This document shows, piece by piece, positions 1-13,400 of a stretch of 64,000 nucleotides of DNA (the first letter of the stretch is position 1; each line of letters opens with the position of its first letter). The translations under genes were made by a program, and so were the position numbers. The DNA is from Camelus ferus (taxonomy: Eukaryota): the NCBI RefSeq assembly GCF_009834535.1, contig NC_045697.1, forward strand, positions 76,138,001 to 76,202,000. The letters are read 5' to 3'. The notes below the pieces were generated by a model that was given only the letters and a program-made list of their open reading frames with translations, searched no databases and had not been told where the DNA came from.

Positions 1-514
1 CTTTTGCTCTGCATATCGGATGGGCAAGAGTGCTGAGTGAATTAAAGTTAGTGCTAATAATGTAAGTACAGGTAAACTCAAGAAAACGGCAAAGCTGACA
101 ATGACCTTATTTCTAATAACTCTGTGAGAGTCTGCGTTAGAGCTAAAATCTATGAGATGTGACATGAAGCTAAACAAAGTATTCAAGTATTCATTTTAAG
201 TAAGAGTTTGCAGCTTCCATGAATGCCCATGAACAGTGCCCTAAGGGTATACTCTTGAGTTATTAGATAAATAAGTAATTCAAGTATATAGTTCATAAGT
301 AATTACAGAATGGTCAATTTTTTTAACTGGCAGCATTCTGTGGTCAAAAATATTCTCACTACTGACTTGTATATCTGAAATATCAATTGACTTTAACTTT
401 CCCTCCTCCCAAAATAGACTGAATCAACTTCTTTTCTCACTGTACAGATGTTCATACCTGCACCAGGGAAAGTACCTAACCTCTGGAAGGTGCGATTCAG
501 CCATGAAGAGCCAG

Positions 515-892
515 AGGAAAAAAGGAATGAAGTTGTGATACATGCTACAACATGGATGAACCTCGGAAATACTACGCTCAAAGACGCAATTCATGAAGGA
601 CTACCTGTCATGATTCCATTCTTATTAAGTGTCCCAAACAGGGAAATCATTGAGACAAAAAATAGATTAGTGGTTACTCAGACCTAGGGTTGGGGGTGAG
701 GGAGTCGGGGAGATGGGGTGGGGGTGACAGCTACTAGATATAGGCTTACTTTCTTAGGTGATGAGAATGTTCTAAAACCGACCGTCACGATAATCACAAA
801 TCTGTGAATACAGTAAAAGCCATTCAACCATACCCTTTAAATGGGTGAACTGTATGGCACATGAATTATATCCAGATAAAGCTATGTAAAAA
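515..892 (+). mobile_element. L1 (L1M-type) 3' end fragment
   Basis: Typical L1 3' motifs: aaaaggaatgaagt...catgctacaacatggatgaacct...agattagtggtt...atgagaatgttctaaa...tgaattatat...ataaagct. Confidence 0.85.
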
Positions 893-3800
893 TTAGTAAT
901 CATTGAATAAATATTTGCTGAACAAGTGGGTAAATTCCTCTCCCTCAAATAAAAAAAAAAAAGCCAGAAGAGAAAACCTTCCTGGATGTAATCTCTCTGA
1001 GTAAAACTACTGTGTGACTTAGTCTTTGCCTACAGGGCTACCCTGTGACTTTAAAACAGCAAAATGTTTGCTTGTAAAAATACAGCATCTGGATGGCAAC
1101 TGTGGGTGACAAATTCCAGGAATACATTGGGGTGTGAGGAGAGGAGGAAAAGCAGAAATAGGCATAGCTTGGTTTTCTGAAGGCAGACCTTTAATGGTCA
1201 GCAGGTCAATTGCACAGAACCATTCAAATTAGATGTCCAGGTCTCACCTGTATGGTTAGTCTAACCTTTGTGCTCCCAGAAGTTACTAAAGCACAATGAG
1301 ATGCCCTTCCAGAGCCGGGCAAAAGTAGCACGGGGTCAGTTTTCTTCCTTCCTCATACCATCAGACCTTGCTTTGCCCCTAGAGCAGAAAAACTCCTTTA
1401 CCAAAGCACTGAGGTCAATTTTGACACTCTCAGTACCGATAAAACAACTCGAGAGAAATGCAAATGTGCTTCCTTCTCTGATGCGGCTCAGAGGTCTGGC
1501 ACCAAGAAGCCCAGGGGCTTTTAAATAAGGCAGGCACACCACCATGACTATGCCTCCCACAGTCCACACAACCACCACCTGTTACCACTTCTAGACAAGG
1601 AAACCGAGGCTCGAAGAAGTTGGGAACTCGTTCAAAGACACACAGCTAGTGAACAAACTGCCTAACTTCACGTCAGTATTTTTACCCCCACCATGAAATT
1701 AGCAACAACAGAACTTTAAAAAAAAAAAGCCTTTTAAAATTTGTTTTCCCTTAGGTAGCCTACTTTTCAAACTTCACAATGCACACACGTTATTGAATTC
1801 ACTCAAAAACTACTCAAAAAACAAATAAACATAACATAAAACCTCAGATGTCCCTGAATTATGAAGTGGGTTTGTGTTTTCTCAGCCGTGGGCTAAACGT
1901 CACATTTCTCTTGCCACTACAAGGAGATGTCTGTTCCTTCTATCTTGGGAGGAAACATTTCTTTTTGAAAAATTTAATCTTTGACTAATTTCCCCAAATA
2001 GATATGTGAAAACCCCTCATGAAATCTAGTTAATACGATTTTACATCATTTAAATTTGGTCTTAGCTTAGAACTATTCAATAAATGGTATAGAAGACACG
2101 AAAGCAAACATCCTCAGGCTTGCAATTCACAGATGTATCTTGACACCTATGCCTAGCAGGTAGTGATTCCCTGCCATGGATTTTGACCAAATATTTCCTA
2201 TATGTGGTAATTAAGTAACATCATTTTCAAAGAAGCCATCTCCTGCTGTGTTTCCAACTATTGGGAAAATTTTCAAACTGTGAGTAAGGAACAGAAACAG
2301 AGGTAAGAGTAATTTTGCCATTGGATAGCTAGCCAGGGGCTGATCCTGGATTTGGGCTCAGGCATTCAAGATCCAGGGCATGTGTTCTTATATATGAATG
2401 GAAACTTGTCTACCTTCCTGAGATTCCTTCCATTTGCCTAATTCTAATTGTGGTCAAGCCTGACAATGACTCTTTAAAATGTGGTTAGCATACACAGAAT
2501 AAACTTCTTACACAAGTTAAAGTTTCTGGTGGTGTACAATGAAACAGTGACATAGTATCAACAACTAAACAGAGGCTCTAACTTCTAGCCTTCATGCTTA
2601 CCAACCATTGTTAACTTGGCAGTGATGTTTATAAACTTGCTCATTTAAAATGCTTTATGATGGATGTATTAACTTCACTTTTAAAATAAATAAAATAAAA
2701 TGCTCTATAAATTGTTCTACGTTCTTTTCTTACATAGTCTTAGGTTACTTACTATGCATAATGTTTTAATTAAAAAAATCTTTATTGAAGCAACTTTCCT
2801 GGCCCTACCCAAATAGAATTATCTACACAAACATTTTGAAACAAGTAAACCAAATACTCCAAATGCTCCACACTGAACTAAAAGCAAATAAAGAAAAACA
2901 TATAAAAGCACTTATACAAACTGCAGCACTCAGGAACTGCATGGCTACAGGAAGACCTGCCCACTCCTGTCCTGTGCTAACTGATGTAGCTCCTGCTCAC
3001 TCTGCATTCAGCTGTAGGTGTTTGCACAATCCTCTCTCCCTTACTAAACTGTAAGCTCCTTGAGGGTGGTGACCCTGTCTTCACTGTCATTCATCAACTA
3101 TGGGGCTCAGCACAATGACTTTCAAAATAAGTACCTTCCATGAATATTTATGGGATGAACGGCAAATCATCCCTGAAACAAACATTCTTCGTTGTTTGTT
3201 CTATCAAAAATTTGTTTAATCCTAAACTTAAGGTTTAATTCAGAGACTGCTGTAACAACAGGTGTCTTCTTCTGATAGTGAAATGAAATGAAATGCTTTT
3301 CCAGTTACATTATCATCCTACATGAGTCAGAAGAGCTTGATTAACATCTCTCCTGAAATAAAATGTAAGAATAAGCCAAGATAATGCTGGAGAGCATTTT
3401 CTTGTTATCAAAATGGTTAATATGAATTATATACAAAAAGCTCTCATAAATCAAGAAAGATACGATCAAGCAATTCACATAAACATGTCAAACATAAATA
3501 TATATACATATATATTTACCTATAATCTACTTCAATAGGAATCTAGGTCTATAATCTATTTAAATCTATATAACCTATAAAAATAATTATTAATATGTGT
3601 TTGTAACAGGGTTTAATTTTGGCATTGTTTAAAACAAGTAACAACAAAAAATCTATAATTGAGTATAAAATCAATAAACTGAAATATTCTTATAATAGGA
3701 TGGTATTCAGCCACAACTGATGATACAGACCTTTACTTAATCACATGGAAAGATGAGCAACAACATACTTTTAATTTAAAAAATTATAATAAAATATAAC

Positions 3801-4559
3801 CTTATGAGCCCACTTATAAAAAATACTTGTATTAAAACCAGCAACAAAAAGACACTCCCTTTTGAGAGAAAGAAGAGAAGACTGTTCCTAATAATTATCC
3901 TAACAAAAAAAGTTTCCTTATTTTTTTAAGGAAACCCACTGTTGCAACTTCTCAGGAATGATCACAATTCCAGTTAATCCTAAACTAATTTCTCTTACTT
4001 AACCTGACATCATGATACCACAAAAATCACCACAAACAGCTCCTAAAAACAAAGCACATTTTAATTGCGTATTGTGCAAAGAACATCCTGTGGCAGCAGA
4101 TTTTTGCCTCTAGATGCTCAGCTCTTACGGAATAAGGGCCACCTTCATTCACCAGAGATTCCAAGACTCCCAAAACCTTTGGCCACATGGCTATTTGATT
4201 AATCTATTTACTCCTCAAGACTTAAGGACACTGGGACCCCAGAAGTGAGCAACATGAATTCCCATAAAAATTAGACATTATCAAAATATGGCTGATATAC
4301 CCAAGAAACAAATATTTCCTGGGGATTTTCAAGAATATATTGAGCAATTACATGGTTATGTGCTGAGTGAACCAGAAGACAATTCTGAAGTATTCTTAGA
4401 ACATGTTATTTAAGCTGAACGGTTTACATTCTTTAATAAAACATAAGCATAACAGACACTTTTAATCCTCAAAGTAATTTATTGACATTGACTAAAGATT
4501 ATTCTCATCATCCTTTAGAAGAAGGAACTACTTTATGAAATGAGTCCCAGCTCCTAAAT

Positions 4560-4740
4560 CAGGGCTATCTGGCTTTGAATCCAAGTTCTACCACTTACTA
4601 AACTTTGGGACTAGAGTAATCATATAACCTCTCTGTGCCTCAATTCCTTGAATGGAAGGATGGGAAGACTAGTAGTATTCACTTCATAGTGGTACAGTGA
4701 GTCTCTAATAAGAAAAATGCATGTAAAGTGCATTCATTAA
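4560..4740 (+). mobile_element. MIR SINE
   Basis: tttgaatcc...ctaccacttact...aacctctctgtgcctcaattcc...atgcatgtaaagtgc core. Confidence 0.8.
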
Positions 4741-5399
4741 ATATTAAATATTACATGCTAGTGTATTAATACTATTCCTCTCCTCAGCGATGGTAATATG
4801 CAGTTCTATTTTTCATAATCACACAGAAGCTTCTAATCAAGGTCCAGGCAGCTTTCAGAGATAAGTGAAGTGATTTTGTGAGGCATGGCTGACTTAAATA
4901 AATTATGGACTGAAACGATGTCCATAATGTAAAATATCTCATTTCAGATATTAGTTAATTTTGGTTAATTTTTTTGTTTTCTTAAGATAAAAGAGAAAAC
5001 ATAGGCTGGTCCTTAAGCCAAACTCATAAATGTCTGTCCTAAAACTTGCTCCTCTTTCTAAATTCATTATTTCTACCAATACTTTCCCCTCATCATCAGG
5101 CTAGAGCTTTCACCATCTTTTCCACATGTTCCCCCCTCTTCTAACCCCCCCAACTGTATCTAACTTGTTGCCTTTGAATCCCATGTTCTCTGCTAACACC
5201 ATACCTATTGCTACTAAAATAATGTTAAAGACATTTATAAAATCATATACTATCTTATTTTATACTCACAAAAGCCCTATAGTTAAGAATCATTCATATC
5301 TTCCTGATGAAAAATTCACTGATTCAACAATCATTGAGCATCTTCTGTGTGCCAGTGATGGCAGTGAAAACAAGCTGCAGAAAGCACCCTGCAGTGGGT

Positions 5400-5700
5400 A
5401 TCAAGGCCTGGTCCAAGCATGGCACCACTACTTACCAGTGTGTGATCCAAGCAAATTACCTACAGTATCTGACCGAGCACTTCTTGGTCTGGTTTTACAG
5501 TGGTCCTTAACCATTTCTACACTCCCTATGTCTCAGTTTCTCAACCCTCTTTATACCTCAGTCTCCTCATCTGTAAAACAGGGATATTGGGGATATCACT
5601 GGGTTATTGTGAGGATTACATGCATTAATGCATATAAAGTGCTTAGAATAAGTCCTGGCATGTACTAAGTACTCAAAATAATAGCTAATATTTAGTCCAT
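5400..5700 (+). mobile_element. MIR SINE (with internal partial duplication)
   Basis: accacttaccagtgtgtga...cctcagtctcctcatctgtaaaacaggga...gttattgtgaggatta...taaagtgcttagaa...cctggca. Confidence 0.8.
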
Positions 5701-7330
5701 GTACTATACTTAATGCTTAGACAATTTCTAAGCTCAGTTTCAGGTTTGTGATTCTGCATTAGTATATATTTTTTTTAGAGTCTCTATTTAAATATAGATT
5801 GATATGTGGTGTTACTGCCCTACATTAGTGAAGTTTTAAAACTTCTGCTCTATTTATCCCACAAATACATGTGGAATAACTTGCTCTATGCCAGGCAGTA
5901 TAACAGGTTCTGGGCAATAGAGATGAGTAAGACAAGCTTCCTATCCTAAAGGAACTAACAGCTAGTGAGACAAACAGACACGGAGAACCAGCTATTATAA
6001 GATGTAGAAACAGTTATGAAAAAGGTCCTGAGGGAACCCACAGGCAAGAGCACTTAGTCTTAGCTGGTGGTGGAATCAGGAGGAGCTTCATGGAGGAAGT
6101 ACAGTTTAGTCTGGATCTTTAAGGGCGATTTTTAACAAGAACACCAGTAAGTTCAGATGCAGTTGGTCCCCCTTCCAGAAACACCACTACTAATGCAGAG
6201 TACCGTGTATTTGTAAGCAGAAGAGATGGCAGTCTATGCTACAGGTGAAGAAACCAGGGTTCAGAGAGTAGGTAACTGGCTGTAGCTGGTCAGCAGCAGA
6301 CACTGAGATCTAGATCTTCTGGCCCCAACAGCAGGGCTCTGCTGCAACTTCCATCATAATCAGGCACGTATTGTACTATTACTGTCCTTGGCCCACGGTC
6401 TGATCACTCTGAGCAAGGATAATGACTAAGGAGGTAACCATGCTCTCCTTCTCCCCTCCTCCTTGGCTTGGCCAATAAAGTAGGAGCTGCTCTCTTGGCA
6501 GTGGCTACAGTCTTTGTCTCTCCCACCCCTTTCTTCACATTCCACAAGGAAGAGCAGCTCATCTCTGGAGATTTGGAGAAGGAATTGAGCAAGGGCAGAC
6601 TGACCCTTTGTTCTCTCTTGGGGCCAGCTTGCCTGAACATGGGTTTGTTCTCATCTCCAGTTCTACAGGAGGTGAAGTTCCTTGCCCTTATTGGGTGACT
6701 TAATGGTGTGTTCCATTTGGGGAAGTCTAAAGAAGTCCAAATTTGTGTCATGGTTCAAGTCACATTCTCCAATCCAGCCTTAATAATAATTAAGCTGCTA
6801 CGATTAAAAAAAATTAAGCTGATATTCTGCTCCCCATGTGTCTGACTTCTTATCCATCCTGGACTAATTTCTTTACTGGAGGAAGGCATCAAAATGATCA
6901 GCCTCAAAACACCAACCATAAGCAAATGTGAAAGTAAACAAGTAATATCTTTAAACACTGACCTTAAATAAAATTTTTTAAGGTTAAATTGCAATGTTGG
7001 ATTAATCCCACCTTAAAAAGGTGAACTGCCTTTGACTCTACAATTCCACTTCTAGCAATGTACTCCAAAGAAATAGAATTTGTACAGACTTAGAAAATAT
7101 GCATTCTATCACAATATTGCTTAAGATAGAGAAAAAAGGTGACACCATCTAAATGTCTCACCAAGAAAAGACTGATTAAATAAATTAGGCCATCAATAAG
7201 AATGATGTTACAGAAGAGTAAAAAAGATTATCTACTGCATATGCTGGGAAAAAGAAGTACAAAATGGTATATTATGTTCCCATTGCCAAGAATGTATGAC
7301 ATTTATTTATGAATGCATGTGTGTATTTCT

Positions 7331-7490
7331 GGTTATTTTGTTTTGTTTTCAATTTTTTTCTTTTTGGGGTGGAGGTAATTAGGTTTATTTATTATTTATT
7401 TACTTTTTAGTGGAGGGACTGGGGATGAACCCAGGGACCTTGTGCATGCTGAGCAGGCACTCTACCATTGAGCTGTAACCTCCATCTGTG
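7331..7490 (-). mobile_element. tRNA-derived camelid SINE (Vic-1-like) with 13-bp TSD, inserted into an old L1 fragment
   Basis: Reverse complement GGAGGTTACAGCTCAATGGTAGAGTGCCTGCTCAGCATGCACAAGGTCCCTGGGTTCATCCCCAGTCCCTCCA + A-rich tail; TSD tgtgtgtatttct at 7318-7330 and 7491-7503. Confidence 0.9.
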
Positions 7491-10400
7491 TGTGTGTATT
7501 TCTAAATGTGCACAGGAAGAAGTCTAAAAGGCTGCATGGCAAATTTTAAGAGTGGTCATCTCTGACAGCAGGCTCCTGGGAACTGAATATTATTCTTTTT
7601 GCTCATCTGAGTTTTCTGGTGAACATGTATTGCTTTTTAAATGAAAGTATTAGTTCTTTTTATTTTCATAAAAATAGTTAGGCATTATTGAAAAGAAACT
7701 GCCAAAAAAACTCTTCAAAATAAAAATTACTTTTGTGCTTTACATTTTAATCAACATTATGATTAATTTAATAAGTATTTTATGTTCTGAAAGGCAAATA
7801 TGGTTATTTTAAATGAAAATAAACAACTTTTTAGACCTTAGGAAGGGCAGTAACTCTACCACTTACTAAACTGAATCAGGTTACTGCTGTCCCCGAGGAC
7901 GGGCCCCTTGTCTTCCACACAGGAGATTACAACACCTATTCACAGTTTGCACTCATGTAAAATGACTAACACAGTATCTGGCACATGATAGTAATTAGAA
8001 AAAGAAAGTTAATTGTTTTCCCTTTCAAAAATTTTTCTTGAATTTTCATTTTAAACTTTTAACATATATCAAAAAGAAAAAAAAAAAAAAAAGCAAAAAG
8101 CAATTCAAGCAATGTCTGGGAGACTTGATTCTTTTCCTGCTGGCGATTTAACCGGTTAGCCTAGGCATAGTAAACAATAAACATTTTTTACTTTGGTAGT
8201 TTTGTTTTTGTTTCAGACGTTAAAAAATCTAACTGCTGAAGTCTAAGACAAAGGTTAACACAGTTAAGATCACAGTACCTTTCCTCCTTGATCCAAGTCA
8301 TATGAACTAATGTGCCAAGATGATATGTGTTCATAATTATTACAAGGGTTAGTATATGATATTTAAAATTGAAGAATTCTGTTCCAAGAAAGCTAACTCC
8401 ACACTGAAATATACTTAAGATTCACTGAGTTTTTTTGAGAGAAAAAGGTCTTCAAAGGATGAAAGCTGGAATTTTCCAATGAGACTAGAAAAACACTGAT
8501 TTCTCCTTGCTGCCTGGACAAAATATCCCCTTGGACCTGATTTTTTTAGGTGCCAGGAAAGCTGGAAAGATTTGAGTCAGAAGAAAATTCGATGGGGGAA
8601 AAATAACTCGCCTGTTGTCCTCTACACCCACAGGGCTCTTAAATCTCCTCTCGGTATAATGTTTGCAGTGAGAAGAAACCCAGCTCCTAAAGAATGAAGG
8701 AAAAAAGAGTCTCCTAAATAAAAACTGATTCTTACCCCCATCCAAGGAGTTAAGAGTTACCTGGCAATTTCATATCAAATATTAGAAGGATATGAGATTT
8801 TTAACAAATCTGAAATTTAGAAATCTGTTCCCTCACACACATCATTCTTTTAGTAGAGGACAAGAGAGCTAAAGAGGAAACCAGGTGGTCTCCTAACAAC
8901 TGGGAGAGAAAAAAGAGCCCAAGAGAAGAAAGCTATCTCTATAAAGGACATAGTGACAATTCCCAAAACTTTTACTGATGCAAATATTTTCTGAAGGTTA
9001 ATGTAAGGCCTTCACACAGGGTCCAAATTCCAGGTTAGCATGGTGGCACGGTAAGACCCCAAAACTCCTCCCTTTCTCAGGAGCTTCCAGGGTACAGCCA
9101 AGCCCCTCCTGTGACAGAATTCCAACCAGGTGGGGACCAGGACACTGGCTTGCAACATCTGAGACTCCTGCTCTGCTCCTTTAATCTAGAAAACTTAGTG
9201 CTTTCACAGGCTTTGTGCCATCTGAATTTCACATCAATCATATTAGGTAGGTAAGCCAGATATTAACATGCCTCATAGTAAATGAGAAAACAAAGGCTGA
9301 TAGAGGTTTAATGCCTTCCCAAGGCTTTGGAGGCGAGTCATGGACGTGGGACTAGATTCCAGATCTTTGGACATCTTCCCCAGGACTTTCCTCCCCCACA
9401 GGCTCAGCCTTCACAGGGCTCACAGGTGCCTACCTCCACCTAATAAAAACTCAAAAATTGTGCTCTCCACACTGCAGAAGGGTGTAATCAATTTACAATA
9501 CACACTGGCCTAGAAAAGTCAGCACGGATGCTACCACATGTACTTGGAAAGAATATGCAGAATTGTTTAATATCTTAAAATACCTCAACTGTTAAACTGA
9601 AAAAAGAAATATCCTTTCTATCTGGGAAAGAATAAAAATGAATTAAAAAGCATTAACCATATGATCCTGAAACATAATTGAAGACGGTTTTCTTTTTATT
9701 ACTATTATATTTCCATCTCAAGCACCCTTCTGAAAAAGTCATTTCTATCATCTCCTTTTCTTCAATTAGGTTTCTAGGACCTAAGTAAGAGGTAAGTGCT
9801 TTTTATGACCAGTCCTCATATGAGGACCCAATCCCATTCCTTTTCACTCTAGCAGCAAGCTCTCCAGTTGACTATTTTCAGGTGTTACTTGGAAACAACA
9901 TTCTGTAAGGACTGACTGATGTCCTCATTAAACACAATGGTCTAATGCTCATTGATCAACAAATCTGAGAAAAAGTGAAATAATAAAATACTAAGGATTA
10001 TTTAGCAGACACTTTCAGATCTTGATTTTCACACCGCATTTGGTTTAATAAACACAGATCATTTGGAAATATCCAGAAAACAAATATGAAAATTTTCTAG
10101 CACATTATTTATTCAGGAGATCTACTGAAGCGTCTATTCTGTGCTAGGCTGACTCATAATATGTAACTATCTCATAATTCATCAGTAGTCCCTGATCAAC
10201 TGACCAGAGGATCAACTATCATCCACAGTTGATAGGCTTTATTGCAAAAATTTTCAGGATTCAAAAAAATAAAAGGACTTATAAAAATATCTTTGTCAGC
10301 TTTTAACAGTTTTGGTAACTATTTCATTCAGAAGCTGACAATAAGAAAAGAAAATTAAAGCTACACTAGAGCCACTTTGCTTTTTATATTAGAGCCTTCC

Positions 10401-13400
10401 TGCCACCTACCCCTCATTCAACCTTTCTCCATGTTGAGTAAAGCAGTAAAAAAAAAAAAAAAAAAAAAAGACCTCTTTTTAAAAGTGAACGTAACATCAA
10501 CAATAAATTACTATGATGAAGATCAAAACTTGATTCTGCAAAACTGTCATCAAGTTCCACATAGTATTATTTGTGGGCATAGCTAGAAACAATGGTCAAT
10601 AGTAAAAAAAAAGTTTTTTTAGAGTATACTTGCTCCAGGTTAGCTACAAAAACACATTTCTAGACCCTGTGTGAAGTAACATCTCTGTCAGTCATATTTC
10701 TCCTACAGATGGGGGAAAGGGGACAGGTAACCTAAACTCTTGTTTGCTCTGTAAAGCCCTTGCAATTTTCTCCATGCAAATTGAAGGCAGCTGAGTAACA
10801 GCAAGTGGATAATTTCAGCAGGTTTAGAGGTTTAGCTAGAGTGGGTTTTGTGCATAAATGTACTGTTTTATAGAGACTTTACAGTCCTCTGAATAGCCTG
10901 ATAATAGTCTGCAAACAGTCCCAGCTAGATTGGCTAGATTATCAGAATCTGGGAGTTACCAATCCCTGTTCCCTGTCCATTCTCCATTCAACTTCTGACT
11001 CTCCTTTTTGATGAATTCGATCCGTCCCCTTCCCCATTTTTGTTGTTGGTCTCTAGATCATTTTCTGGCTTTGCACCTCCAAATCTTAGAGACTGGATTA
11101 ATTTATACACCTAAAATGACTTAAAAGCTGATAATGGAGTCTACAGTTCCTATACTATGACTTCGTAAGGTTATAATTAATATTTAAAAAGTGATCATCA
11201 ATCTAAAATATGTTTTAAAAAATATTTAAATACAGTCCAATGGCTGCCTTTTCCAAATGTACGAGGACCTGCTGGGACAGTATAAAGCAGTACTAAGTCT
11301 CTTGACTATTACAGTATTAGCTTTCAACAGACTGGCTCAGTTTGGCATAATCACTTAAATAATGACTTTAAAGATACAAGTTCTAAATGAATACCTTCTT
11401 TTGAAAAAACCTTCAGTCCCATGATAGCAGCACCTATAGAATGCCAAGCTCTACTTTTGCCTGGGAATAAAATATATGTGCTTTTCTGCTGGCCCATGGA
11501 TGGTGCTAGTATATTTTCTCTTTAAATTTGAAGTCTATCTCGAAACCAAAGAAAAACCAGGTTGATAAAATTCCAATCACGTCTATGATACACAAATGAG
11601 TAAGTAAAGGAGTCAGAGAGGAATGGAACAAGCCGATTGCTTAAAAACATGTCAGTCACATAAACCAAAAACATTTCCGTCCAAGGAACTAACAGGATTA
11701 TTTAAAACAAGACTCATAAGTTGCAAAATTTTCTCAGTTGATACTATTGAAGAATGGTTGTGAGATAAATTCAAGTCCAGACAGATCCAATTGTGAGGCC
11801 CTTACTCTGTCCTGTTAAAATTACACAAGTCTTTGCAAGACCAAAATGGGTCAAAATAATGGGGTTGATGAGAGCAAATTCAGGACCTATATGGGGGGAG
11901 GGGGAGGGGGACTTCAAAGAGCAAGATTTTCTGCAGGTTGGCTCAACTGCCTTTGTTTTTGTGAAACTGGGTTGTTCTGTCTTTATGAATGAACAAGAAA
12001 TGTCTAGGGTCATTTCGAAAAAAACCTATCTGAATAAAGATCACAATTCTGCCGTACAAGTCATGCAAGTGCAATGTTAGCTCCTAAAGGGTCACGTGTA
12101 GCATGACACTTGGGACACTTGGGACACTTGAATTAGGATGCTGTTTGGTCATAAGATATCTAAGGTATCTGAAGAGGGGATGTCATTGGTCCCAGTTATT
12201 CTTACTGTGGTCCTTTCCCAACTTTGTAGCAGTACTAAATAAGATGAATCAAACAGAAGAGTCTGGGGCTCTGAGGAATTTTCCCACACATTCTCCTGAC
12301 ATCCACATTCAATCTGAGATAGAATACGCTTCTAAAACTTAACTTCTCCTGCACTTGAGGCAAAGAGGAAAATTTAATATACTTAGCTTCAAAAAGTATA
12401 CAACTTAGATTAGAAAATTTAAAATAATTTATCAGTAAGTCAAAAGAAGTAGCTCCTTGCAGTAAAGTGAAAAGACACTCCACCTTAAAAATTTTACTTA
12501 AAATATAAGCCATAGTCTCCCTGTACCCTTGAATGAATTAATAAGCATAGTCTCCTTCTATCTTTGGATTAATTATTGTTCCTGTGATTATTTTCAAAGC
12601 TATGCAGCAGTGTGATGGACAGCTGGATAAGGGTAAGCTTACTGATTAGACATGTCCAACTCGTTTCTTAATTCCAGATGTGAGCAGTGACAAAAATCAA
12701 ATTTTATCTGTTTGTCAGCAAATACAAACATGGGTGGGGTGGGGGGAGGTTAAGATAAAGTTACACTAGGCATAATTCCGTTCCTCAGAAATCCAAATGT
12801 TGATTCCCTTAAGGTAAAAACCATATTTTTTTGAGTTGCTCAAAATAATGAAGAAAAATACCCTTGAAACAATTTAATAGCAAAGTCTACTAAAAATAAG
12901 AAAGGAAGATGAAATGTGAACACAAACAACTGTCCTTTCCCACCTAAAAATCCATCCTCAGAAGGATGACAGAAACAAACAACACAGTCAGCAGCAGCAC
13001 TATTCTGACCAGGTGTTACTGTGGTTGGGGGGACCCGAGCTGCAATGTCTGCAGTCGCTTCCTGCGCTAAGTCTGCTGCTTCTCCCTCCCCGAGCAGCCG
13101 AAGAGAAATGAGATCTTTCACTTTGGAGGTGTTAAACATTTGGGTTGTGTGAGGGACAAATGGAAGTTTGACACCTAAGATGAATAACCACAGTGCATGA
13201 GGCCAATAGGAACTTTCACTATGTAAAGCCAGCCAAGCTCACTGTCACACGGTATTCAGCACACAAGTGCCAGCACCCAGCGCAGGACGCAACAAACTAC
13301 TTTTTTTTTTTTTTTAATACTTAACCATTGGCCACCAAGAATTTTCATAAATAAGACGCAGAGAAAGAAAGTCTTGGGAGTATGATTTTAATAAACTCTC

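Noticed and set aside
5126..5668. 180-aa ORF
   Set aside because: Runs through L2/MIR-derived sequence, antisense in the LEF1 intron, no homology recognised.
6430..6780. Distinct-looking segment with overlapping ORFs and AATAAA, possible pseudogene or ancient LTR
   Set aside because: No recognisable protein or repeat match; needs BLAST or Dfam to call.
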